Shown here in pieces: positions 1 through 33,032 of a stretch of 64,000 nucleotides of DNA. Where the stretch lies: assembly GCA_020137815.1 (NCBI GenBank), contig CM035359.1, positions 3,286,001 to 3,350,000 of the forward strand, read 5' to 3'. This stretch comes from Hormiphora californensis. Taxonomy: Eukaryota > Animalia > Ctenophora. The position numbers and the translations under genes are program-made. The notes under the pieces are model-generated. The model was not told where the DNA came from. It saw only the letters and a list, made by a program, of their open reading frames with translations, and did no database searches. Within the stretch, counting starts at the first letter, position 1. Every line of letters begins with the position of its first letter.

Positions 1-1
1 T

Positions 2-3000
2 GTCGAAGACTGCTTAAGTGGAAGGGATGAAAAAGGTTGCATACTCTCTTTTAAACTCTGCATTCGAACATTCAACTCACATCTTGGTCCATTGAAAATT
101 CCCTTTGGGTGGGTCCTGGACAGTGAATCGGATTGTTTTGATCATATGGATGAAAAACAGGAAGATTGGGTCGCCTGCGGAAGTGGAGTCACGACACGGT
201 ACCGAGATCATCAAGATAATTGTAGTGAAGTTTGGTGGTGTGACGAGCGGAAAGAAGAGTATGTTGAGTTAACCCAGGTTTGTGATACGATCGATAGTTG
301 TGGTAATGAGGCGATCATGTGTCGACAATCGAAGACCAAGTTTAACGTAAAATTTGACATGTTGGATAGTGATAAAGTTGGATTTTTAAAAGTATCTCCT
401 CCTTGCATTCTTGGATGAGTCAGTTTACACGTAATTTTGAAGTTAGCTGTACTAGCCAGACAGTAAAACATAAGTTCAGTGGGTTTTTCGGAAAGGAAAG
501 GGACTTGGTTTTCATATCTGAAGCAATGAAGAAAGATTGTAGGTTTTATTTTGGCGAGCAGTATGTGCTAATGGCGTGTAGTGGTATGTGCCTGAACAAG
601 GTCCAATGTCCCTTGAACCAACGGCCCGCTCTTCATAACTCATGCACTAACATTCGAAGAAAAGTTTTAACTTTATCAGATTCAGGCTGGCTTACCGTTG
701 TTGTTCCCCACAAGGAACACTTCCACAACAACTTCTTTGTTTGTGATAATGGTGAGTGTATTTCATTCTCGGGGGTGTGTGATACAGTGGACAACTGTGG
801 GGATGGTTCAGATGAGAAGCACTGCATAAATAGTTTTCAATGCGACTCCCAGTTTCTAGTTGTCAGTCAGGTTTGTAATGGCAAGTACGATTGCCATGAT
901 CTTACGGACGAGTGTAATGAGAGATGCTCTAGGAAGCTTATTGAAAAATCCTGGTTGTCAGCATTTGCGGGATCCTTCGGTAGTGCTGGACTGTTGTTGA
1001 ATGTGTACATTCTTGGAAAGGGTTTATTCTTTGCTCCTCAGTCGAAATCTCGGGCCGTTTTTGTTCAGCAATCCTTTGTGAGACTGATAACGTTCGGAGA
1101 CATCCTCACATGTCTCTACCTGGTATCAATTTTTGTGCTGAACTTCATATATTGGTCGGAGTACTGTAAAATACAGGTTCAGTGGTTGACTAGCATTCCT
1201 TGTAACATCCTTGGGGTTATCACAGCTACGGGATCTGGAATTTCTTCCCTATCGATGGCGGTTCTCAGTTGCTTTCGATTGAGAGGAACTAACAATGCCT
1301 TGCAATTTCGAAGGTCTGCAGAGGTTGACCTCAGATACAAAAGAAACATGTTTGTTGTACAGTGTGGCATTGTCTGTCTGTCTGCCCTAATTGCCTGTGT
1401 TCCCCTCATCCCGGCCTTAGAAAATCGGTTCGTCAATGGCCTGGCTTATCTAGGGGACATGAAGTTGTTTGTAGGGTTTGTTGATAAGAAGAGGCATTTG
1501 GCAATTATCAAGGGCTACATGGGGAAGGTTGATAGATCGCAAGACCGTAGTACCGGGTGGTCCTGGGAGTTGATCAGACAAAGTGTGAGAGCTATGTTTA
1601 CTAGTGATATCAAGGGTGTTACTGGAGTGAAGCAGTCCTTCTACGGTAATGATGCTTCATGTCTCTTCAAGTTTTTTGTCTTGTGGAGTGAACCTCAGGC
1701 AGGGTTTGTTTGGGGCCTTGGACTGGCCATTCACTGTACTTGTTTTATTGTCGTGGTCGTTTGTCACTTTCTCATCGCCATTTTCGCCTCTAAGAAAAGT
1801 GATGTACCAGTTGCAGCAGCTAAGAGGAATCGCGTACTTCGAGCCAAGATAAGTGCAATTATTATCTCGGATGTTTGTTGCTGGGTCCCATTCCTGGTGT
1901 GTTGTGTGCTCCACACTGTTGATGTGGTTGATATGACTCCTTGGTACTCGACATTCTCTATTGCGATTTTGCCAATCAACTCCGTGATCAATCCCATTGT
2001 GCACACGGAACTTTATAACAAACTGATCGCTATGTTTTGTAACCTAAAAAAGAAACTTCAAGATCTTAAACGTGGTGAAGGTGGTGTAGCTCAACAGCCT
2101 ACAAGTGTTCACGACGCCTGTAGAGAGCCTCAAAGTGGTGAAGTTCAAGATCCTGGAAGTGGTGAAGTTAGTGAAGTTCAAGATTCTGGAAGTGGTGAAG
2201 TTTGTGAAGTTCAAGATCCTGGAAGTGGTGAAGTTAGTGAAGTTTATGATCCTGGAAGTGGTGAAGTTAGTGAAGTTCAAGATCCTGGAAGTGGTGAAGT
2301 TTGTGAAGTTCAAGATCCTGGAAGTGGTGAAGTTAGTGAAGTTAGTGATCCTGGAAGTGGTGAAGTTAGTGAAGTTTATGATCCTGGAAGTGGTGAAGTT
2401 CAAGATCCTGGAAGTGGTGAAGTTTGTGAAGTTCAAGATCCTGGAAGTGGTGAAGTTTGTGAAGTTCAAGATCCTGGAAGTAGCGAAGTTTATGAAGTTC
2501 AAGATCCTGGAAGTGGTGAAGTTAGAAAAGTTCAATATCCTGGAATTGGTGAAGTTTGTGAAGTTCAAGATTCTGGAATTGGTGAAGTTTGTGAAGTTCA
2601 AGATCCTGGAATTGGCGAAGTTTGTGAAGTTCAAGATCCTGGAAGTGGTGAAATTTGTGAAGTTCAAGATCCTGGAATTGGTGAAGTTAGTGAAGTTCAA
2701 GATCCTGGAAGTGGTGAAGTTTGTGAAGTTCAAGATCCTGGAATTGGCGAAGTTTGTGAAGTTCAAGATCCTCATGGAATTGGTGAAGTTCAAGATCCTG
2801 GAATTGGTGAAGTTTGTGAAGTTCAAGATTCTGGAATTGGTGAAGTTTGTGAAGTTCAAGATCCTAGAATTGGCGAAGTTTGTGAAGTTCAAGATCCTGG
2901 AAGTGGTGAAGTTTGTGAAGTTCAAGATCCTGGAAGTGCGGAAGTTTGTGAAGTTCAAGATCCTGGAAGTGGTGAAGTTAGTGAAGTTCAAGATCCTGGA

Positions 3001-3370
3001 AGTGGTGAAGTTCGTGAAGTTCAAGATTCTGGAAGTGGTGAAGTTTGTGAAGTTCAAGATCCTGGAAGTGGCGAAGTTTGTGAAGTTCAAGATCCTGGAA
3101 GTGGTGAAGTTTGTGAAGTTCAAGATCCTAGAAGTGGCGAAGTTAGTGAAGTTCAAGATCCTGGAAGTGGTGAAGTTTGTGAAGTTCAAGAATCAAGATC
3201 CTGGAAGTGGTGAAATTTGTGAAGTTCAAGATCCTGGAAGTGGTGAAGTTAGTGAAGTTCAAGATCCTGGAAGTGGCGAAGTTTGTGAAGTTCAAGAGCC
3301 TGGAAGTGGTGAAGTTTGTGAAGTTCAAGAGCCTGGAAGTGGTGAATTTCGTGAAGTAGTAAGCCACTGA
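2..3370 (+). CDS. LDLa-repeat rhodopsin-class GPCR (GRL101/RXFP-like, no LRRs seen), 5' part outside window; frameshifts at ~415 and ~3190
   Basis: Frame open from base 2 (VEDCLSGRDEKGC). LDLa modules (CDNGECISFSGVCDTVDNCGDGSDE, VCNGKYDCHDLTDE). Seven hydrophobic segments with CCWVPF (TM6) and LPINSVINP (TM7). ORF 92-418 joins ORF 403-3213 via an apparent 1-nt loss. An extra 'aatcaag' near 3191 shifts the tail to the stop at 3370. Confidence 0.85.
2131..3355 (+). repeat. Coding 33-bp minisatellite (EVQDPGSGEVC), roughly 37 units
   Basis: Unit gaagttcaagatcctggaagtggtgaagtttgt repeated with variants and occasional 24-bp units. Confidence 0.97.
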
Positions 3371-3445
3371 TCACTATCACTACAAATACTCATCACTCAC
3401 ATATATATCGGCTGTTTATTTAATTACCTTCCATATAGTATATAT

Positions 3446-3514
3446 ATAGCTTCAATTCATAGCATAAATAATGGTATATGATATACCATTATTTATGCTA
3501 TGAATTGAAGCTAT
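3446..3514. repeat. Perfect 34-bp-arm palindrome between convergent GPCR and iGluR 3' ends
   Basis: atagcttcaattcatagcataaataatggtatat-g-atataccattatttatgctatgaattgaagctat. Confidence 0.9.
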
Positions 3515-3938
3515 GTATTATTATTATTTATGCTATGAATTGAAACTATATATCTATAAAACTGTTTTCGTTTAAAGCTTTTGACCCAATTAATGGGAAT
3601 TGTATACAATTTATCTAATTTTCTGTACATCAAGTAGAAAGGAAATTATTACATGAACAAACGGGAATAAACAACAATAATTTTATGACTCTTTCAACTT
3701 ATATCAGTGCATAAAAATAAATTAAATGTTAAATACCATAAGACCACCCCTTCACCAGATCCTGATCATGCTGAAAATTCCGAATCTCGATTCACGATCT
3801 ACACATGTAAAATAAAACACTGGACATCAAACTATGTTTAGCTTGTTTTACGGACATTGGGTCTCATTTTAGCTTGAGACCAGGCTGGTTCACACTACAC
3901 TCTAGTCATGCTAGAAGTGAAGCTCACACACACCCGGC

Positions 3939-23196
<19,258 letters not shown>

Positions 23197-24025
23197 TCCA
23201 TTCGCGGAGGTGTTAGTAGTAGAGAGACATCATGGAGTAGTTGTTCAGCTGGATACCAGGTGTGTTGCAATTTGACTAGGTATAATAATATCCTGTGGTA
23301 ATGTTAATATGTATAACAAAGTTGTGTCATCATGACTATGAATGAGGCACTCGTAGTCAAGAATCCGAACGGCGAACGTCACAATGACAACTTTGTCATT
23401 CAATGAGGCACTGAGTATTTAAATTGTATGTACCGGTCAGGAACAAAATGGTACGAGAAAAAAGAGAGAAAAAAGGATATACATGCTACTAGTTATACTT
23501 ATAATGCTTATACATTTAAATATTTGATCAGCGGAACTGATTTTGAAATATGTGGGATATGTGGTACAAGCACAAGGAGTGCACACAACACTACAGGACA
23601 GAGCTTAGGAGGAAGTAGTGTACCGCCGAATTAAGAAAACGGTGGAGAAAAGAGAGAGAGAAAGAGAGAGAAAGAGAAGAAACTGAGAAGCTTGATTGGG
23701 TGAATTGTATGCCATGCAGTACACGAAATACGTGGACACGTACTGTAGAGAATTTTAAGTGGGTAATGCGATGCTGCATGTTCTGCAGCGTAGCACAAAA
23801 GTAGGGCTTTTATAGGGCGTGAAGACCTGGTTCAGGATAACTACATCTGACGACTGACGAAAAGGAAAAATTTGTTCCCTAGATTATATAGTCAGGCAAC
23901 TGCATCAGTGCTGTGTAATAAGTGAGATATGAGAGAAATCCCGGAAGGGCAACTTCAGGGTGGCATTCAGAGATGCGGTACATGTAAATTTAAAGAGCTG
24001 TATGTAAAATACGGACATGAGTGAT

Positions 24026-24822
24026 AGAGAGACAGAGAGACAGAGAAAGACAGAGAGACAGAGAGAGACAGAGGGACAGAGAGACAGAGAGGCAGAGAGA
24101 CAGAGAGGCAGAGAGACAGAGACAGAAAGACAGAGAGACAGAGGGACAAAGGGACAGAGGGACAGAGAGACAGAGGGACAGAGAGACAGAGAGACAGAGA
24201 GACAGAGAGACAGAGAGACAGAGAGACAGAGAGACGGAGAGACAGGGAGACAGAGAGACAGAGAGACAGAGAGACAGAGAGACAGATCAGAGACAGAGAG
24301 ACAGAGAGACAGAGGGACAGAGAGACAGAGAGACAGAGAGACAGAGAGACAGAGACAGAGACAGAGACAGAGACAGAGACAGAGACAGAGACAGAGACAG
24401 AGACAGAGACAGAGACAGAGACAGAGACAGAGACAGAGACAGAGACAGAGACAGAGACAGAGACAGAGACAGAGACAGAGACAGAGACAGAGACAGAGAC
24501 AGAGACAGAGACAGAGACAGAGACAGAGACAGAGACAGAGACAGAGACAGAGACAGAGACAGAGATAGTCTGGCCAGACAGTCTGACAGAAAAGTTGCGC
24601 GGATGGGGTCGGCTGGTCGGCCAGAAAGCGTGAAACTAAATGTCTGCGCCGCGCGGACAACAAAGAAAGTCGCTGCAGTTTTGCCGCAGTTTCACTGCAA
24701 TTTGTGCCGCGCAAAAAAAACGCGCGGCGTACCAATTTTTTTACCAACTTTTTTATATATTAACAACTTTTTTAAGACTTTTTTGAAACTTTTGTCTTTT
24801 TTATTTCAATTTTCAAACTTTT
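24026..24822 (-). mobile_element. Short interspersed element associated with a (GAGACA)n tract; copies at 27381-27697 and 29757-30948
   Basis: Same ~250-bp body (agtctggccagacagtct...gcgccgcgcggacaa...) follows a GAGACA array three times. Orientation and class are inferred. Confidence 0.65.
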
Positions 24823-24974
24823 ATGAGGCCCCTCGGAAATGTTCAAGTCATGCACAATCAAGTCACGCCCACCAATCACAGCGCAGAACGCGCGAAGCAC
24901 TCCGCGCGTTCTGAGCTGTGATTGGTGGGCGTGACTTGATTGTGCATGACTTGAACATTTCCGAGGGGCCTCAT
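24823..24974. mobile_element. Palindromic MITE
   Basis: Arms atgaggcccctcggaaatgttcaagtcatg... and ...catgacttgaacatttccgaggggcctcat. Confidence 0.8.
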
Positions 24975-25510
24975 GCTTCTACAGTAGGACCTTCAATAGT
25001 ACTGGTGCGCGCTACCAAAAAAGTACACCTAAAACCACTCAGACCGACTTTTTTCAAACGGCTATAGCCGCTCAACCACATGGCCGATTTGAGTAAACTA
25101 AACGGTATCTGATAGAGAATTGATAGCCCAAACAGATAACCCCAAACAAAACCCTAACCCGACCCTAACAACAGCCCTAACCCGTCTCGACCGCCAAAAT
25201 CGATGAATTGTTAGCAATGGAAGGCACCCCGATTTTAACGTTTTCTCTGGCTCATCCCCACTGCGCTTGGCACAGAATTGGGATAAGGAAGGAATACCGC
25301 ATATGTACAGGAATTTATCCTGAATTTTAAACCGGTTTAAGGTTTTTGAAGGCCCGGAAACACCAATTTTTGGGATTCGGTAGCCCTTGACGTGATCCTG
25401 ATGTGAGAACGTTGTTTAAACTGTTCACCAAAATGATTATAGACACCAGTATAGAGTGCAGACTACAGTTATACATGTATAATCAATGATTTCGTCTACT
25501 AGGAAGTAGG

Positions 25511-26937
25511 ATGAGATCACCGGCTATGAAGCGCTCTAGGCTAGAGCCAATTCCCCAGCTACCCGCTGAAGTTCTTGTCAGAGTCTTCTCATCCCTACCC
25601 TATCCAGACCTTGTAGAGTGTATCACTGTCTGTAAAAAATGGAGGAATGTCATTGAAGGTAGGTGACTCATCAAGTTCTGAATTCAAGTTTTCTCCATAA
25701 TTTTATGGCCAACGTTCTAATTTTCTTTTTTCTCCTCTCAGATGATTGGTTTTGGCATGTGAGAACCCCAAGGAGGACTTCAGACGATTATACAAGTTTC
25801 AGAATTCGAAATCAAAAACTCTGATCGAACGTGGCGACGCGGTGGTTGATTTGACATTTTCTAGCACCGGCAAATACCTAGTCTGCTGCTTGAAACATCA
25901 GATATTAGTTTACGATGTACATAGATGATAACTTCTCACTGCTCACTAAATGGGCGCCGACTGCTAAAGACTTAGACATGTCTGATGAGGAATTTGACCT
26001 CTTACCGCGAATACTCTTCACATACACTCTGCTCAACGAGACTGATGATCTGATTTTTATATTCAGCCAGAGACCAACTAACACCACATCTGATAGAGAC
26101 TGGTTTTGGATTTACACCTTTCCTGACTTCGTCTTCGTTCAAGATCTTGGTGATACGCACGGGTTTGATGTTGATTGTCATAATTGGTTCGGCCGGAATT
26201 CCCTGCTTATCGGGCACTGGGGTGCCGAGAGTATGCACTGTACTCCCGCGCTAGTATCAGTCCTCCCCTCCATCTCTATAGTCCATCTCCCGCTAGATTT
26301 TGAGTGGGAGAACTCTGTGGTGGACAATACCATTGACGGATGCAAATATGGGGTTTTTTGGGAGGTGGAGTATGGGCAAAATGTCGCCACATCAGATGAA
26401 GTTACTGTTCTACCGATCTACGGGACTCCTAGTGATCCTTCCCATAGCTGTGATCGTTGCAACAAATCATCTGGCAGCACAACATCCTGTTTATCAGATG
26501 ATTACTCTACTTCTAATGTCCATGAGTTCAGGGTGGATGAAACCAAGGCGGTGTCGGTACACACAGGAGGGGTCATTAGACACGTGTCCACTGACATTGA
26601 CAACAAGATATACGTGTGCCAAGAAAAGGGAGGATGCGCCCTTTACTCAGAGTATAACCTATCCCTAGACCTTATCAGGGATATAGAGTTTGCCGGAGTT
26701 CCACTGCCGCTTTTCCAATTTCATTTTGATCTCTGGATGCAGTACGACGAGCGAGTTTTAATAACTGGTGAAATTGATGCAGGGAGGCTAGTGTTATGGG
26801 ACAATAAGTGTTCGGTGCTCGTTGCTAAGGAGACAGGCCATTATTATCCAATTATAGCGGCTGAGATTCAGAGACAACAACGGAAATGGATGGTGACGGG
26901 GTGTGAGAATGGGTCCTTCAAATGTTGGGCAGTTTAG
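25511..26937 (+). pseudogene. F-box/beta-propeller gene copy 1, disrupted
   Basis: Compared with copy 2: 37-nt deletion at ~25760 and 4-nt insertion at ~25920, with a stop between them. Confidence 0.75.
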
Positions 26938-27949
26938 AACTTGAAAATTATGGTGCTTAGTTGGTTGTTTTAGAACAATGGGTAGATGTAATGCAAATTG
27001 TTATAACTGATACTTTTATGTAAGTTATTAATTCCGAAAACATTATTTTGACTCTCTTGAACTAAATCATCAAATATGTAAAGTCGGGTTTTTTGAACTT
27101 TGAAGTTGTCACCCCTAAAGTCCAAACGCATGTGCATGTGATATTTATCCATTTTGAAGAACACACCACACGTTAACATGTGATAGGTGGACAAAAAGAC
27201 TATCGCACGAGAAGGGGGTTGAAAACTTCAAAAAAATCCAACTTTATAAACATTCTTTATTTTAACAGTAACTTAATAGTTTTATAGAGCTATAATGCAA
27301 AAGCCATGACGATCAGGACATGTCTAAAATCAGGTTCACCTGTAACCCCATCCTCTCCAAATGGGGATACCCTAACATCTCTGAGACAGAGACAGAGACA
27401 GAGACAGAGACAGAGACAGAGACAGAGACAGAGACAAAGAAAGTCTGGCCAGACAGTCTAACAGAAAAGTTGTGCGAATTGGGTCGGCTGGTCGGCCAGA
27501 AAGCGTGAAACTAGATGTCTGCGCCGCGCGGACAATAAAGAAAGTCGCCGCAGTTTCACTGCAATTTGCGCCGCGCAAAAAAACACACGGCGTACCAGCA
27601 AAAGCTGAAACTTTTACCAACTTTTTTAATCAACTTTTTTTAAGACTTTTTTTGAAACTTTTTTGTTTCAATTTTTCATTTCAACTTTTTTGATTCTACA
27701 GTCGGACCTTGAAAAGTGCAGGCTCATCCCCACTGCGCTTGGCACAGAATCGGGATAAGGAAGAAATCTCGCATATGGACAGGAATTTGTCCTGAGTAAT
27801 TTTAAACCGGCTTTTGAAGGCCCAGAAACACCAAATTTTGGGATTCGGTAGCCCTTGACGTGATCCTGATGTGAGAACGTTGTTTGAACTGTTCACCAAA
27901 ATGATCATAGACACCAGTATAGAGTGCAGACTGTAATCAAGTAAAATCA

Positions 27950-29429
27950 ATGATTTCTTCTGCTAGGATGAGATCACCAGCCATGAAGCGCTCTAGGGTG
28001 GAGCCAACTCCCCAGCTGCCCGCTGAAGTTCTTGTTAGAGTCTTCTCATCCCTACCCTATCCAGACCTTGTAGAGTGTATCACTGTCTGTAAAAAATGGA
28101 GGAATGTTATTGAAGGTAAGGGATTCTTCGAGTTCTGAATTAAACTTTTCATATTCCGATCAGTCTAAATCCTAATTTCAATACTTTTTTCTCCTCTCAG
28201 ATGATTGGTTTTGGCATGTGTACCTAAAAAAGCGATATGGTACTACCAAGAAAACTGAGAACCACAAGGAGGACGTCAGACGATTATACAAGTTTCAGAA
28301 TTCGAAATCAAAAACTCTGATCGAACGTGGCGACGAGGTGGTTGATTTGACATTTTCTAGCACCGGCAAATACCTAGTCTGCTGCTTGAAACATCAGATT
28401 GTAGTCTACGATGTAGATGATAACTTCTCACTGCTCACTAAATGGGCGCCGACTGCTAAAGACTTAGACATGTCTGATGAGGAATTTGACCTCTTACCGC
28501 GAATACTCTTCACATACACTCTGCTCAACGAGACTGATGATCTGATTTTTATATTCAGCCAGAGACCAACTAACACCACATCTGATAGAGACTGGTTTTG
28601 GATTTACACCTTTCCTGACTTCGTCTTCGTTCAAGATCTTGGTGATACGCACGGGTTTGATGTTGATTGTCATAATTGGTTCGGCCGGAATTCCCTGCTT
28701 ATCGGGCACTGGGGTGCCGAGAGTATGCACTGTACTCCCGCGCTAGTATCAGTCCTCCCCTCCATCTCTATAGTCCATCTCCCGCTAGATTTTGAGTGGG
28801 AGAACTCTGTGGTGGACAATACCATTGACGGATGCAAATACGGTGTTTTCTGGGAGGTGGAGTATGGGCAAAATGTCGCCACATCAGATGAAGTCACTGT
28901 TCTACCGATCTACGGGACTCCTAGTGATCCTTCCCATAGCTGTGATCGATGCAACAAATCATCTGACAGCACAACATCCTGTTTATCAGATGATTACTCT
29001 TCTTGTAATGTCCATGAGTTCCGAGTGGATGAAACCAAGGCGGTGTCGGTACACACAGGAGGGGTCATTAGACACGTGTCCACTGACATTGACAACAAGA
29101 TATACGTGTGCCAAGAAAAGGGGGGATGCGTCCTTTACTCGGAGTATAACCTATCCCTAGACCTCATCAGGGATATCGAGTTTGCGGGAGTTCCACTGCC
29201 GCTTTTCCGATTTCATTTTGATTTCTGGATGGCGGACGACGAACGGGTTTTGATTTCTGGTGAAACTGATGCAGGGAGGCTAGTGTTATGGGACAATAAG
29301 TGTTCGGTGCTCGTTGCTAAGGAGACAGGTCATTATTATCCAATTACAGTGGCTGAGATTCAGAGACAACAACGGAAATGGATGGTGACGGGGTGTGAGA
29401 ATGGGTCCTTCAAATGTTGGGCAGTTTAG
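27950..29429 (+). CDS. F-box protein with WD40-like C-terminus, copy 2, intact (exons 27950-28115, 28201-29429)
   Basis: F-box LPAEVLVRVFSSLPYPDLVECITVCKKWRNVI. GT-AG intron in phase 1. WD-like VVDLTFSSTGKYLV, LVLWD and MVTGCENGSFKCW. Confidence 0.85.
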
Positions 29430-30008
29430 AACTTGAAAATTATGGTGCTTAGTTGGTTGTCGGGTTTTTTGAACTTTGAAGTTGTCACCCCCAAAGTCCA
29501 AACGCATGTGCATGTGATATTTATCCATTTTGAAGAACACACCACACGTTAACATGTGATAGGTGGACAAAAAGACTATCGCACGAGAAGGGGGTTGAAA
29601 ACTTCAAAAAAATCCAACTTTATAAACATTCTTTATTTTTAACAGTAACTTAATAGTTTTATAGAGCTATAATGCAAAAGCCATGACGATCAGGACATGT
29701 CTAAAATCAGGTTCACCTGTAACCCCATCCTCTCCAAATGGGGATACCCTAACATCTCTGAGACAGAGACAGAGACAGAGACAGAGACAGAGACAGAGAC
29801 AAAGAAAGTCTGGCCAGACAGTCTAACAGAAAAGTTGTGCGAATTGGGTCGGCTGGTCGGCCAGAAAGCGTGAAACTAGATGTCTGCGCCGCGCGGACAA
29901 TAAAGAAAGTCGCCGCAGTTTCACTGCAATTTGCGCCGCGCAAAAAAACACGCGGCGTACCAGCAAAAGCTGAAACTTTTACCAACTTTTTTAATCAACT
30001 TTTTCTAA

Positions 30009-30890
30009 CCCTTTGGGGACGATAAGCCCCCTGTCGACAGAATTCTCTAAAACTTTCTGGAGACACTCACTTTGAACCTACTTGAACGTAGGAAAAGGAA
30101 TTTTGGTTCTACCACCTGTATTTCTATTGGGTCACCTGTGACCCAATCGTCCCCTAACGCTAAAATAGGAATTGAGATTTTTCCGCTATTTTGCCCGATA
30201 ACTCGAAAACCGTTCATTTTAGACCCTATGTTTGTTCATAACACTTATATAAACCCGGCCATTCTGCACAGTTTGCACACCTTTTGGGCCTCTCTATCTC
30301 ATATGTAGCCGATTTTAGAATTTCAAAATTGGCCGAGATGAAAAATTTTCTGAAGGAGCACGGATCTCAAAAAATTGTTCATCGACTCCCTAAGATGTTG
30401 AGATAACAATGATGGAGTCGGTTAGTCGCTAGCACCTGTTTAAAAAATGCCGTTTTAGACTTTTATCGGGGGCCATTCCTTTAGAAATGCTCGTAAAATG
30501 CAAATTCCTGTTTTAGCGTTAGGGGACGATTGGGTCACAGGTGACCCAGCACTTTGAAGGCCTCTGAGAGGCACAACATTTGGAATATCACCCTGAAACT
30601 TTACCCCGGGGTAAAATACACACTTTTCTTGCATTTTCCAAGTCCATTTTAAGTATACTCGTACCAATTTTGAGATATGGCCATTAAACTACCCATTTTG
30701 CCTACCAAATACACTGTTTTAGCCCTGTTTTCCAAAGTCGACAACTTCAGAGGCTCAAAACGACCTCAAAATGCTAGAAAAATGTATGGTTCAACCCTGG
30801 AAACGATTTAAAACTTTCAAATATGGTCTAGAAAGACGCTATATGGGTTCAAAGTTGTGGGTCACCTGTGACCCAATCGTCTCCAAAGGG
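30009..30890. mobile_element. Non-autonomous piggyBac-type element
   Basis: TIRs ccctttggggacgat / atcgtctccaaaggg with (c/t)TAA..TTAA flanks. The empty TTAA site is visible in the paralogous unit at ~27640. Confidence 0.88.
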
Positions 30891-31204
30891 TTAAGACTTT
30901 TTTTGAAACTTTTTTGTTTCAATTTTTCATTTCAACTTTTTTGATTCTACAGTCGGACCTTGAAAAGTGCAGGCTCATCCCCACTGCGCTTGGCACAGAA
31001 TCGGGATAAGGAAGAAATCTCGCATATGGACAGGAATTTGTCCTGAGTAATTTTAAACCGGCTTTTGAAGGCCCAGAAGCACCAAATTTTGGGAATCGGT
31101 AGCCCTTGACGTGATCCTGGTGTGAGAACGTTGTTTAAACTGTTCACCAAAATGATTATAGACACCAGTATAGAGTGCAGACTGTATTTATACAAGTAAA
31201 ATCA

Positions 31205-32687
31205 ATGATTTCTTCTGCTAGGATGAGATCACCAGCCATGAAGCGCTCTAGGGTGGAGCCAACTCCCCAGCTGCCCGCTGAAGTTCTTGTTAGAGTCTTC
31301 TCATCCCTACCCTATCCAGACCTTGTAGAGTGTATCACTGTCTGTAAAAAATGGAGGAATGTTATTGAAGGTAAGGGATTCTTCGAGTTCTGAATTAAAC
31401 TTTTCATATTCCGATCAGTCTAAATCCTAATTCCAATACTTTTTTCTCCTCTCAGATGATTGGTTTTGGCATGTGTACCTAAAAAAGCGATATGGTACCG
31501 CCAACAAAACGGAGAATCCCAAGGAGGACGTCAGACGATTATACAAGTTTCAGAATTCGAAATCAAAAACTCTGATCGAACGTGGCGACGAGGTGGTTGA
31601 TTTGACATTTTCTAGCACCGGCAAATACCTAGTCTGCTGCTTGAAACATCAGATTGTAGTCTACGATGTAGATGATAACTTCTCACTGCTCACCTAAATG
31701 GGCGCCGACTTTGAAAGACTTAGACATGTCTGAAGAGGAGTTTGACCTCCTACCGCGAATACCCTTCACATACACACTTCTCAACGAGACTGATGACCTG
31801 ATCTTTATATTCAGTCAGGGACCAACTAACACCACATCTGATAGAGACTGGTTTTGGATTTACACCTTTCCTGACTTCGTCTTCGTTCAGGATCTTGGTG
31901 ATACGCACGGGTTTGATATTGATTGTCACAATTGGTTCGGGCGGAATTCCCTGCTTATCGGGCACTGGGGTGCCGAGAGTATGCACTGTACACCCGCCCT
32001 AGTATCAGTCCTCCCCTCCATCTCTATAGTTCATCTCCCGCTAGATTTTGAGTGGGAGAACTCTGTGGTGGACAATACCATTGACGGATGCAAATATGGG
32101 GTTTTCTGGGAGGTAGAGTATGGACAAAATGTCGCCACATCAGATGAAGTTACTGTTCTACCGATCTACGGGACGCCTAGTGATCCTTCCCATAGTTGTG
32201 ATCGATGCAACAAATCATCTGGCAGCACAACATCCTGTTTATCAGATGATTACTCTACTTCTATAATGTCCATGAGTTCCGAGTGGATGAAACCAAGGCG
32301 GTGTCGGTACACACAGGAGGGGTCATTAGACACGTGTCCACTGACATTGACAACAAGATATACGTGTGCCAAGAAAAGGGAGGATGTGTTCTTTACTCAG
32401 AGTATAACCTATCCCTAGACCTTATCAGGGACATAGAGTTTGCCGGAGTTCCACTGCCGCTTTTCCGATTTCATTTTGATTTCTGGATGGCGGACGACGA
32501 ACGGGTTTTAATTTCTGGTGAAACTGATGCAGGAAGGCTAGTGTTATGGGACAATAAGTGTTCGGTGCTCGTTGCTAAGGAGACAGGCCATTATTATCCA
32601 ATTACAGCGGCTGAGATTCAGAGACAACAACGGAAATGGATGGTGACGGGGTGTGAGAATGGGTCCTTGAAATTTTGGGCGGTTTAG
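31205..32687 (+). pseudogene. F-box/beta-propeller gene copy 3, two small frameshifts (pseudogene or assembly errors)
   Basis: +1 at ~31693 and +2 at ~32262 relative to the other copies. Confidence 0.65.
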
Positions 32688-33032
32688 AACTTGAAAATGT
32701 TGATTAGTTGGTTATTTTAGAACAATGGGTAGATGTAATGCAATTTGTTAGTTACAACTGATACTGTTATGTAAGTTATTAATTCTTAAACTAAATCATA
32801 AATGTAAAGTCGGATTTTTGAAGTTGTCAGCCCCAACGCATGTGCATGTGATATTTATCGATTTTGAAACACACCACACGTTAGCATGTGATAGGTGAAC
32901 AAAAAGACGAGCGCACGAGAAGGGGGTTGACAACTTCAAAAAATTCAACTTAAATAAACATCCTTTATTTAAAGCAGTAACTCAATAGTTTTATAGAGCT
33001 ATCAGCTATGAAACAACCATGACGATCAGGAG

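Noticed and set aside
410-420. TGA read-through, selenocysteine or programmed frameshift in the GPCR
   Set aside because: The continuation is in another frame with no slippery site. A 1-nt loss explains it, and similar indels are scattered across the window.
2044-3370. Long alternative-frame ORFs (VVKFKILE.., NFTNFTTSRIL..)
   Set aside because: Stop-free by-products of a 33-bp repeat. Only the last ~60 codons of the 2105 frame are the shifted GPCR tail.
23905-24914. [12 protein letters not shown] ORFs (also 37605-38303)
   Set aside because: (GAGACA)n microsatellite translations.
25135-25185. Telomere-like ccctaa hexamers (also 19449-19461, 57410-58418)
   Set aside because: Isolated or embedded in other repeat units, not a (TTAGGG)n tract.
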